From: Nitrospira sp.
Lineage (GTDB): Bacteria; Nitrospirota; Nitrospiria; Nitrospirales; Nitrospiraceae
DNA: 64,000 bases
NCBI GenBank assembly: GCA_005116775.1
Contig: SWDN01000013.1
Location: 3,337-67,336 of the forward strand
Reading direction: 5' to 3'
Within the stretch, counting starts at the first letter, position 1. The number at the start of each line of letters is the position of its first letter. Positions 1 to 8,097 of this stretch are shown in pieces. The position numbers and the translations under genes are program-made. The notes beneath the pieces were generated by a model that did no database searches, was not told the origin of the DNA, and was given only the letters and a program-made list of their open reading frames with translations.

Positions 1-273
1 GGAGAGGTGGCGGCCTACTTCCAAGCGGCGGCGCTCCCCAACTGGTTCTTTGACGGGCTTATCGGCGGAACGGCCCTGGTAATCATTCTCGGATGGTTCT
101 ATATCTATGCCCGAGCCCATGGCCAGACGATGTGGGTGCCGAGCTTGGCGGAAGGGCTCCGTTTCCGTTTGTATGTGCTGTTCATGAACCGTCTCTACGT
201 GGACCAAGCCTATGAGCGACTCGGCAGGGCCGTCACGCACACCGTCCACAGCCTAGACAAGAGTGCGAAGTGA
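1..273 (+). CDS. 3' end of a NuoL/DabB-like proton-conducting membrane subunit (5' end lies outside the window)
   Basis: The frame is open from base 1. The last ~88 aa (GWFYIYARAHGQTMWVPS...RLYVLFMNRLYVDQ) align by eye at roughly 50% identity with the C-terminus of the next gene (463-2163), so it is a tandem paralogue. Confidence 0.7.
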   Translation, partial: GEVAAYFQAAALPNWFFDGLIGGTALVIILGWFYIYARAHGQTMWVPSLAEGLRFRLYVLFMNRLYVDQAYERLGRAVTHTVHSLDKSAK

Positions 274-462
274 AGGTGTTGGAGGATGGCCATCTAGCCA
301 GGATCTGTCTGTTGTGGGACTCCTACTCCAGCCAGTCCTTGACGCGAGTCTAAGCAGCGTATTAATGATGCGTGCGACGGTGACGTGGGAATGCCCTCCG
401 GTCACAATAATTCCCGGACAGGGGGGAAACGATGATCCGCCAGCTAGGGTTATGAGGTATTT

Positions 463-2163
463 GTGTCACTCGCGCTTGCCGTCCCGCTCCTCTTGCTCAT
501 AGCTTCGTGTCTTGTCGTGATCGGCCCCGATCGCACACTACACACGCGCACAAAGCTCGCGGCCTATCCTGTCGGAGCCGCGTTTGTCGGTGCCATTGTG
601 ATCCTGTGGCTGGTGGCGACAGAGGGGCCGATCACCATTCGTTTCTACGACCCCACGTCGCTTGCCTCCTTGGCCTTTCCCATTGGCTTCTATATCGATC
701 GGTTGAGCGCGGTCATGATGACACTGATCGCCGGCGTCAGCACCGTGATCTACTGCTACTCGACAGGTTATATGTACCAGGATCGCCACGTTCGACGGTA
801 TTTGGCGCTGATTTGCTTTACAGACTTCGTCTTGCTCTGCATGGTCTCCAGTGCGAATCTCATGATGTTGTTTTTATTCTGGCAAGTCCTGAGCTATCTG
901 CTCTATCTCCTGGCGCACAACCATGCACATCCGGCGACTCTCAGGGGAGCGTTCAAAACCTTTACACTTCTCCGAGTTGCCGATGCTGCATTTCTTGCCG
1001 GGATTGTTCTCGCATACCAACTCTACGGTACCCTCGAGTTCCAAGATCTCTTCGCTCGAGCCGCCGGGAATCCCGTCACCCTTTCACTCTGGCCTGGGCT
1101 GGAAGTCAGCGCTGCTACTGCCGTCACGTCTCTCCTGTTCATCGGCGCGATGGGGAAGTCGGCGCAATTTCCTTTACATCTTTGGCTACCGGGATCGCTG
1201 TTCGCCCCGACGCCTGTCCATGCCCTGTTGCACGCTGGGATCATCAATGCAGGCGGGTTTCTCATCAATCGCCTGGCCCCGCTCTTCGGCCTAAGTTCAA
1301 CGACCCTTCACATCGCGTTCGTGGTCGGGACCCTCACGGCGATCCTTGGCGCGACCATGATGCTGGTCCAGAACGACATCAAGAAGACGCTGGGTTTCTC
1401 GACGATCGGGCAGATGGGGTACATGATTATGGAATGCGGATTGGGCGCCTTCTCGCTGGCTGTCTTCCATCTCATTGCCCACGGACTGTTCAAAGGGACG
1501 GTGTTCTTGAATTGCGGCAACGTGATCCATAAGGCCCGCCAGGAACCGGCCTTCCCCCATGCGGACCCTCATGCGGAAGCACAGGAGTTCTCGCGCCTGA
1601 CTTGGTTCACGGGTTTCGCGACGACGCTCTTCATTCCACTGCTGATTCTCCTCGTGACGCACGGCGCGCTGCATATTCCGCTGCTGGAGTCGCAGGGCAC
1701 GGTGATCTTTCTGTTCTTCATCTGGATCACCTCCTCGCAGGCCATCCTGACAATGACACGCTTGAGAGCCGTGGCCTCGTGGAAAGTGTCGTCGGCCATG
1801 CTGTTGATCCTGCTGTTCGTCATGTTTGTCTATCTGTTCGCCGTGGAATCTTTTACGGCATTCCTCTACCCGAATCCGCAGGAAGTCGCGTCCTATTTCA
1901 AGGCGGGCGATCTCCCGGATTGGCTCTTCGACCTGATGATCATCGTGGCGACGCTGACGACGATCGCTGGATGGTTCTATCTCTACATGCAAGCCCATGG
2001 GCGGACCGTCTGGATGCCGTCGTGGGTCGAGGGTGTAAGGACTCGGTTGTACGTCCTGTTCATGAACCGGCTCTACGCCGACGAGATCTATCAAAAGCTG
2101 GGCGGGGTCGTCGTGCGACTCCTGGCCCGGTTCGACAAAAGCGTACGAGGATGGTCGCAATGA
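463..2163 (+). CDS. dabB: NuoL/MnhA-family proton-conducting membrane subunit, DabB-like (566 aa)
   Basis: Polytopic membrane protein carrying the PF00361-type core 'GKSAQFPLHLWLPGSLFAPTPVHALLHAGIINAGGFL' and 'TLGFSTIGQMGYM'. GTG start preceded by GAGG. Sits in an operon with a DUF2309 gene. Confidence 0.8.
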   Translation: MSLALAVPLLLLIASCLVVIGPDRTLHTRTKLAAYPVGAAFVGAIVILWLVATEGPITIRFYDPTSLASLAFPIGFYIDRLSAVMMTLIAGVSTVIYCYSTGYMYQDRHVRRYLALICFTDFVLLCMVSSANLMMLFLFWQVLSYLLYLLAHNHAHPATLRGAFKTFTLLRVADAAFLAGIVLAYQLYGTLEFQDLFARAAGNPVTLSLWPGLEVSAATAVTSLLFIGAMGKSAQFPLHLWLPGSLFAPTPVHALLHAGIINAGGFLINRLAPLFGLSSTTLHIAFVVGTLTAILGATMMLVQNDIKKTLGFSTIGQMGYMIMECGLGAFSLAVFHLIAHGLFKGTVFLNCGNVIHKARQEPAFPHADPHAEAQEFSRLTWFTGFATTLFIPLLILLVTHGALHIPLLESQGTVIFLFFIWITSSQAILTMTRLRAVASWKVSSAMLLILLFVMFVYLFAVESFTAFLYPNPQEVASYFKAGDLPDWLFDLMIIVATLTTIAGWFYLYMQAHGRTVWMPSWVEGVRTRLYVLFMNRLYADEIYQKLGGVVVRLLARFDKSVRGWSQ

Positions 2164-3470
2164 TGGATGGCACCCTCGCTTCATGGCTGCTGGCGGGCGT
2201 TCCTCTTCTGGGAGCAGCGTTCAGCTTCGTGGTCTGGTCAAGACCGGACTATCTCAGGAACTGTTCTGTCGTCCTGTCGATCCTGAGCCTTGCCGCCGCT
2301 GCCGGAATGTCGGGATCGCTCGCGACCTCACCTGAAAACCTGCTGCTGATCTATCTATTGCCGATTGCCGCCTGTGCATCTCTCCTGGGACAGCCGGTTC
2401 ACAAGAACCTACGGCTGTCCTGGATCATGACCCTGCTGTTCCTCGGACTAGGATTCGTCATACTGACCAGCCAACACGTCGTGGGGCAGGTGTGCTTGCT
2501 TGTGCTGCTCAGTTCTCTCATTGCCTTGCTCTACCGCCATCATACGAAATTGTGGCCCATTTCCTGGTTCGGGATCGGCGCCTATGCGCTCGCCGTCGGG
2601 TGCGTGACGATCTCTCTCGTGGCTGCTCCGCCTCTTTCTTCAGTCACGTCCCTGTTGGCCTGCGCAATTTTGTTGCCGCTCGTGCCATTTCACAGTGGAT
2701 ACATCACGGCGCTCACGCGGCTCCCAGGCAGCCTGCCCTCGTTCATCGTACTGCTGCTCCCCGCGATAGGAATCCACAGTCTGGCCACAACCGTATTGAC
2801 GGTGCCGGATGTCGCGATGTCAACGATGACGGTGTTGGCGTTGGTGAGTGCCCTCTACGGTTCGATCAAGGCATTGGCACAATCGCGCATCAGATTGCTC
2901 CTGGCCTATGGCAGCCTCTCGTTTTTCTCTCTCTTCTGGTGGTTTGTCGCTATTTCGCGCACCATCACGCCGCAGTCGGTTGTCTTTCTGGCCGCCTTGT
3001 CACTTGTGACGAGCGGTCTGCTGATGTCCTGGCAAGTCGTCCGCACGCGCTACGGGGACGATGTGGATCCGCAGGCAATCAGCGGGCTTGTCAGAAGGAT
3101 GCCGCACTTCGCGGTCTTGTTCTCACTCCTGGCCCTGGCGGCTATGGGCCTGCCCCCATTCGGCGTCTTCACCGGCTTCATCGGTATGCTTCTCACCACC
3201 GCTCTCACATCTTCCGTTGCCCTGTTCGTCATGATGATCGTCTGGCTGGCTGCATCCTGGTACATCCTCGATATGGTACAGCGGTTGCTGTTCGGCCGGG
3301 AACGGTCGGATCTCCGCTATGAAGATCTTCGTCGATCGGAACTTGCCTCTCTTTTGGTTGTACTGCTGATCGTCATTGCGCTGGGTATCGCCCCGTCTAG
3401 CCTCTTCGGAATCACCCAACAACCGTCGAATGCTGAAACCGTCAAGGAATCTGTTTCATGGAACCGTTAG
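2160..3470 (+). CDS. Divergent NuoM/NuoN-like (PF00361-like) membrane subunit, 436 aa
   Basis: Highly hydrophobic ORF with a NuoN/M-like 'AAMGLPPFGVFTGF' segment. Its ATG at 2160 overlaps the upstream TGA (ATGA), with GAGG 9 nt upstream. The long ORF-track N-terminal extension from 1602 runs in an alternate frame of dabB and is rejected. Confidence 0.65.
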   Translation: MMDGTLASWLLAGVPLLGAAFSFVVWSRPDYLRNCSVVLSILSLAAAAGMSGSLATSPENLLLIYLLPIAACASLLGQPVHKNLRLSWIMTLLFLGLGFVILTSQHVVGQVCLLVLLSSLIALLYRHHTKLWPISWFGIGAYALAVGCVTISLVAAPPLSSVTSLLACAILLPLVPFHSGYITALTRLPGSLPSFIVLLLPAIGIHSLATTVLTVPDVAMSTMTVLALVSALYGSIKALAQSRIRLLLAYGSLSFFSLFWWFVAISRTITPQSVVFLAALSLVTSGLLMSWQVVRTRYGDDVDPQAISGLVRRMPHFAVLFSLLALAAMGLPPFGVFTGFIGMLLTTALTSSVALFVMMIVWLAASWYILDMVQRLLFGRERSDLRYEDLRRSELASLLVVLLIVIALGIAPSSLFGITQQPSNAETVKESVSWNR

Positions 3471-6400
3471 ACAGTTCGATCAACATTGAAACCAGGCGCA
3501 TGGAACTCCGGGGCGTGATCCGCCTGGCGGGCGAGGTCATTGCTCAATACTGGCCGATGCGGACGTTCGTGCATCACAATCCGCTCCATAGTCTTGAGTA
3601 TCTGCCTTTCGAGGAAACCGTCCGGCGCGGCAAGCAATTCATGGGGGGCAACGGCTATCTCCCCAGCCATCTCTACCGCGACTACTTGAAAGCGGGCCGT
3701 ATTCAATCTTCCCACCTCGATGCCGCGTTGAAGCCGCTCGTTCACGATAAGCACCTCGCCATCGGATCCCGCACGGTCACACATGGCGATGTCTTGCGCG
3801 CCTGTCTGGAGGAGGGTCTCTGCACGCCAGTGATGGAGCCGCTCGACGATCAGCTGCCCGATCCCGCCAACGAGCTGATCGATCGCATCGCTGCCCGACT
3901 CGAACCTGTCCTGACGTTTCCGGATTTGCGCGAGCGCATCCGCACGATCGCGGAGGGCGATCAAGCGGCATTGGGTCGGTGGCTCACGCTCTCGCACTGG
4001 TGCGACGACACGCTCGGCACGCAGATCGTCCAGCAGATCAATGATCAGTTGATCAAATGGTGCGAGGCGTACCTCGACGAAGGCCATGCGACCTGGGCCA
4101 TGCCGGGACGAGAGAAGGGGTTGTACGGAGCATGGAAAGCTCTTGCCGTGCATGAGTGGTCTCCCTGTGGAATTGCGGACAGCAGCAAGAAAATTTCGCG
4201 GCTGCCGGAACATCCCGAAGACGCCCTGCTAGAAAGTTTGAACGCGCTCGGGATTCCGGCCGAGCTGCGGCAGGACTATCTGTCCTTGCAATTGACCGCG
4301 CTGCCTGGCTGGGCCGGCTTCATTAAGTGGCGGGCAGAGGAGCGGGATTACCCCTGGCAACAGGCCTATCCGGTCGGTCTCGTGAAGTTTCTCGCTATTC
4401 GTCTCTGGTATGTGCGTGAATTGGTTCAGCAGGCTTGCCGCGAAAAACTCGGCATCGAGGGCCGATTTGATGCCGTAACGGCGTACATCCAAAATCATTC
4501 GGAGGAATATTACCTGAGGCGTCAACGCGTGGCAGGCCGTCTTCCTGCGCTCTACGCCGAGGAAGTCGACCGGCTGGCGCATCAAAAAGGCGACGGATGG
4601 AAGCCCCTGCTCGCTCGCTATCGAGCAGAGGTGGTCCCACGCCAAGAGGCAGCAGCGCGGCGCGGCGCGGCCAAGAAACTGCTCGCATTGGCGCGATCGC
4701 TGGGCATTGACGAGGCGCAACTCATCGACGGCGCTCCTGCGGACCTCAAACAGATCGTCGAGTGGATAGAGGCCTTTCCCGAATCGGATCACGGACCTGT
4801 GTGGCTCACGGCATTCGAAGCCGGGTACCACGATCGTCTGTTAGGGCAACTGAGGGCTCGTACGAACGACGCGAAGCATCCGGCGCCGACCCGTCCCCAT
4901 TCGCAATCGGTCTACTGTATCGACGTGCGCTCCGAGCCGTTCCGACGGCATCTTGAATCGGTCAGACAACACGAAACCTACGGCTTCGCCGGCTTCTTCG
5001 CCGCCTTCATTCGCTATCGGGCTTGGGGTAATGAGCACGACACTGAACAATTCCCGGTCATTATGCGCGCCAAGAACGAGGTCAGGGAGGTCCCTCGCAG
5101 CTTTCTGGATCACGCCCTGTTGAAACACGAGTCGCGAACCAGGATGGTTCATGCGGGCCATACCCTTCTGCACGACTTAAAAGAAAACGTCATCACGCCC
5201 TATGTCATGGTGGAGTCGTTGGGGTGGTTTTACAGCCTACCGATCTTCGGGAAAACCTTACTGCCTTTGTTGTACCGTCGCTGGACCGATTGGTTGCGGC
5301 GACTCTTTGTCCCGTCGCTCGCGACCACACTCACCGTCGACAAGCTGGCGCCGGCTGAAACGGCAGATGTGTTGGCAGCGGAGCAGCAGGCGACCGTGCG
5401 GCACGCGTTGCAAGAGCGAACCGGTGTGCGTAGCTCTCGGATCACGCCGGAACTCGTCGAAGCTTTGCGACAGCGGGCCTTGAGCGGGGAAGATGACCCG
5501 GAACCTCCTCTGACCCAGGCAGCGACAGAGGCAGGGCTCTCGTCTGAAGTCCTGACATCCTTCATCGCCGCCTTACGGCAGCATCACGGTATCAATCAGC
5601 GCGCATCGTCCAGACAGAAGGAACGGATCACGCGGACTGGCTTCACGCTTGAAGAACAGGTGCTCACTGTAGACACGGCTCTGCGCATGATGGGATTGAC
5701 GGAGCGCTTTGCGCGGCTCGTCCTGTTCTGCGCTCACGGCAGCACGTCGGAGAACAATCCCTACGAGTCGGCTCTGGACTGCGGGGCCTGCGGCGGCAAC
5801 GAAGGCAAGCCCAACGCCCGCGTCCTTGCGATGATGGCGAACAATCCACGAGTACGAGAGCGGTTGATCAAGACCGGCATCGAGATTCCTTCCGATACGC
5901 ACTTTCTCGCAGGCCAGATGAACACGACGACCGACGAGATTCAGCTGTTCGACCCGGAAGACGTGCCGCCGACGCATCGGGAGGACCTTTCACTGCTGCA
6001 GCAAGACCTCAACAAAGCAGCCGCGCTCACGAGTCTGGAACGCTGCGGACGGTTCCCCGACGCGCCACAGGCATCAGAGGAAACGAAGGCGGAAGCGCAC
6101 GTTCGGCGCAGGAGCATAGACTGGAGCCAGGTGAGGCCAGAGTGGGGGCTGTCGGGCAATACCGCCTTTATCATCGGCCGACGGGAACTCACCAAGGGGC
6201 TCGATCTAGAAGGGCGCGTCTTTCTGCATTCCTACGACTATCGGGAAGATCCGAGCAATCGGCTGTTGGAAGTGCTCTTGACTGCCCCGCAAGTCGTGGC
6301 CCAGTGGATCAACATGGAGCATTATTTTTCGGCGGTCGACAACGAGGTCTACGGCAGCGGGAGCAAGATCTATCACAACGTCGTGGGGCGCATCGGCATC

Positions 6401-6688
6401 ATGTCCGGTCCTTGGAGCGATCTCCGGCTTGGATTGGCCAGGCAAACGGTGATGAACGGCGACGCGCCGTACCATGAACCGATGCGATTGCTGACCGTCG
6501 TCGAGGCGCCGCGCGAGCGCATTGAAAAGCTGATCGCGCGACATGATGTCTTACAGCACTTCTACCACAACGCCTGGGTCCATCTCGTCGCCCTCGACCC
6601 CGAAGATGGAGTATGGTATCGGTATCTACCCAGCGGGGCGTGGAGCCCCATGGATCATCTTGCATCGAAGGAGCACATTCACACCTAA
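3458..6688 (+). CDS. dabA: DUF2309/DabA-like protein, the putative beta-carbonic-anhydrase-like subunit of a DAB inorganic-carbon pump (1076 aa)
   Basis: N-terminal 'YWPMRTFVHHNPL' is present. 'YCIDVRSE' gives C487 and D489, and 'FCAHGSTSENNPYESALDCGACGG' gives H760 and C775. These reproduce the C/D...H-15 residues-C zinc-ligand pattern reported for DabA. The start overlaps the upstream gene by 13 nt. Confidence 0.85.
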   Translation: MEPLDSSINIETRRMELRGVIRLAGEVIAQYWPMRTFVHHNPLHSLEYLPFEETVRRGKQFMGGNGYLPSHLYRDYLKAGRIQSSHLDAALKPLVHDKHLAIGSRTVTHGDVLRACLEEGLCTPVMEPLDDQLPDPANELIDRIAARLEPVLTFPDLRERIRTIAEGDQAALGRWLTLSHWCDDTLGTQIVQQINDQLIKWCEAYLDEGHATWAMPGREKGLYGAWKALAVHEWSPCGIADSSKKISRLPEHPEDALLESLNALGIPAELRQDYLSLQLTALPGWAGFIKWRAEERDYPWQQAYPVGLVKFLAIRLWYVRELVQQACREKLGIEGRFDAVTAYIQNHSEEYYLRRQRVAGRLPALYAEEVDRLAHQKGDGWKPLLARYRAEVVPRQEAAARRGAAKKLLALARSLGIDEAQLIDGAPADLKQIVEWIEAFPESDHGPVWLTAFEAGYHDRLLGQLRARTNDAKHPAPTRPHSQSVYCIDVRSEPFRRHLESVRQHETYGFAGFFAAFIRYRAWGNEHDTEQFPVIMRAKNEVREVPRSFLDHALLKHESRTRMVHAGHTLLHDLKENVITPYVMVESLGWFYSLPIFGKTLLPLLYRRWTDWLRRLFVPSLATTLTVDKLAPAETADVLAAEQQATVRHALQERTGVRSSRITPELVEALRQRALSGEDDPEPPLTQAATEAGLSSEVLTSFIAALRQHHGINQRASSRQKERITRTGFTLEEQVLTVDTALRMMGLTERFARLVLFCAHGSTSENNPYESALDCGACGGNEGKPNARVLAMMANNPRVRERLIKTGIEIPSDTHFLAGQMNTTTDEIQLFDPEDVPPTHREDLSLLQQDLNKAAALTSLERCGRFPDAPQASEETKAEAHVRRRSIDWSQVRPEWGLSGNTAFIIGRRELTKGLDLEGRVFLHSYDYREDPSNRLLEVLLTAPQVVAQWINMEHYFSAVDNEVYGSGSKIYHNVVGRIGIMSGPWSDLRLGLARQTVMNGDAPYHEPMRLLTVVEAPRERIEKLIARHDVLQHFYHNAWVHLVALDPEDGVWYRYLPSGAWSPMDHLASKEHIHT

Positions 6689-6712
6689 ACATGGCCGGGA
6701 AAGGAGTCGTCG

Positions 6713-7054
6713 ATGGGCGGTTTGACTTTGCATCCGATGAAAGAGATTCGCGTGATCGTCGCAGGAGAACACAGGGCGTTCGTGACCGAGTTGTTGGACC
6801 AGGTCAAGGCGACCGGCTACACGATCATCGGCAACGTGTCGGGGAAAGGACATGGCGGTGTGCACGAAGCGCACTTCATGTTCAGCGAACAGGAAAGTCT
6901 CGAAATGATCATGACCGTCGTCCCGGAAGAAAAAGTGGAGCCTATCCTGGCCGGGCTTCGACCCCTCTTCGAACGCCATTCCGGCATGATGCTTGTCACC
7001 GACGTGGCCGTTAGCAGGCAAGAATATTTCGGCAAGAAGCGGAGCGGTTCATGA
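6713..7054 (+). CDS. PII-like signal-transduction protein (CPII-like), 113 aa
   Basis: Size and beta-alpha-beta pattern fit PII ('MKEIRVIVAGEHRAFVTELLDQVKATGYTIIGNVSGKGHGG', with a T-loop-like GKGHGG). AAGGAG lies 7 nt upstream of the ATG. The gene is immediately downstream of dabA. Confidence 0.65.
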   Translation: MGGLTLHPMKEIRVIVAGEHRAFVTELLDQVKATGYTIIGNVSGKGHGGVHEAHFMFSEQESLEMIMTVVPEEKVEPILAGLRPLFERHSGMMLVTDVAVSRQEYFGKKRSGS

Positions 7055-7210
7055 CGTGTGACGATGCCGAAGAACACTGGTGGAGCGCCGGCCTATCCGA
7101 AAGTATGGGTTGACGCTTCCTGAAAGAGAGTGCTACAAATCCACCGCCGGGGTTGAAGGGGCAATGGCGCCCTAGCCAAGGTTTTTGACCGGAGGCAACG
7201 GACAAAGGCG

Positions 7211-7247
7211 TCCATCATTCTGCAAAGAATGGCGGATGCTTTTTTTG
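7211..7247 (+). terminator. Candidate rho-independent terminator of the dab/PII operon
   Basis: Hairpin CATTCT-GCAA-AGAATG (7216-7231), extendable by flanking G:C pairs, followed by a run of seven T (7240-7246). Confidence 0.4.
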
Positions 7248-7263
7248 TGAGCCGATCAGAAGT

Positions 7264-7908
7264 GTGACGTATTATCCAGCGATGGAGGACTATCAGCTCG
7301 ATCTCGTGATTGGTCAGGGGCCTGCAGCCAGAACGGTGAAACTGGATCTCCCTCGGTTTACGCTGGTAGGAGCGACGACCAGAGCCGGAGCGTTGACCTC
7401 CCCACTCCGGGACCGATTTGGCCTTGTCCACCGGCTGGAGTTCTACTCTCCGGAGGAATTGCAGACCATCGTGACACGTTCGGCGGGTGTGCTTGGTATC
7501 CCAATCGACTCCGAGGGGGCCAAAGAAGTTGCCGGTCGCGCTCGAGGAACCCCTCGCATCGTCAATCGGCTTATTAAGCGGGTGCGCGACTATGCCCAGG
7601 TCAAGGCGGAGGGACGAATTACCCAGGCTGTAGCCCAAGACGCGCTCGCATGGTTGGGTGTCGATACGGCTGGGTTTGATGAGATGGATCGGCAGATTCT
7701 TCTGGCCATCATCGACAAGTTCGCTGGAGGACCGGTCGGGGTGGAGTCTCTAGCGGCCGCTGTCCAGGAAGACAGGAGCACCCTCGAAGATGTCCATGAG
7801 CCCTATTTGATTCAGGCAGGTTTTCTCGAACGAACCGGCCGCGGTCGCCAAGCCACGAAGCTGGCGTTCGATCATTTTAAGAGGCCGACCTCCCTCCTCT
7901 TTTCGTAG
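7264..7908 (+). pseudogene. ruvB: ruvB (Holliday-junction helicase) lacking about the first 115 codons, including Walker A/B
   Basis: '[51 protein letters not shown]...GTPRIVNRL...[17 protein letters not shown]' is collinear with the C-terminal two thirds of RuvB. None of the three forward frames upstream (7055-7263) encodes the GPPGLGKTT or DVLFIDEIHRL segments. Confidence 0.8.
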
Positions 7909-8097
7909 CACACTTGACCACTGTCAGATTGCTCCGATCACGATGTGAGCTGGCGGGGATTGTCACGTAAGCTCCTGAAACGTCGAGGGTCTCCTTGCAT
8001 TGCCCGGAATAGTTCCTGTATCATTCCCTACTTGGTTTGTGCTGTCCAAGCCGACGGATGGACTCCCGGATCCTGCGGCTAGGAAGAAGGGCTCCCT

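Noticed and set aside
1297-2184. Long antisense or alternate-frame ORFs of 270-340 aa. Examples: 1297-2184(-), 507-1532(+), 11437-12321(-), 45112-45945(-), 15033-15713(-), 9137-9733(-).
   Set aside because: Each lies wholly inside a gene with unmistakable family motifs on the other strand or frame. Their translations are Arg/Pro/Gly-rich and low-complexity, as expected from stop-codon depletion in GC-rich coding DNA.
7190-7263. Possible degraded RuvB Walker-B remnant. Frame 2 reads '...[18 protein letters not shown]', vaguely like 'AAILTNLEEGDVLFIDEIHR'.
   Set aside because: Only a handful of identities are present. The stretch overlaps the terminator hairpin and T-run, and no Walker A lies further upstream. 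I treat it as chance, though a sensitive alignment could revisit it.
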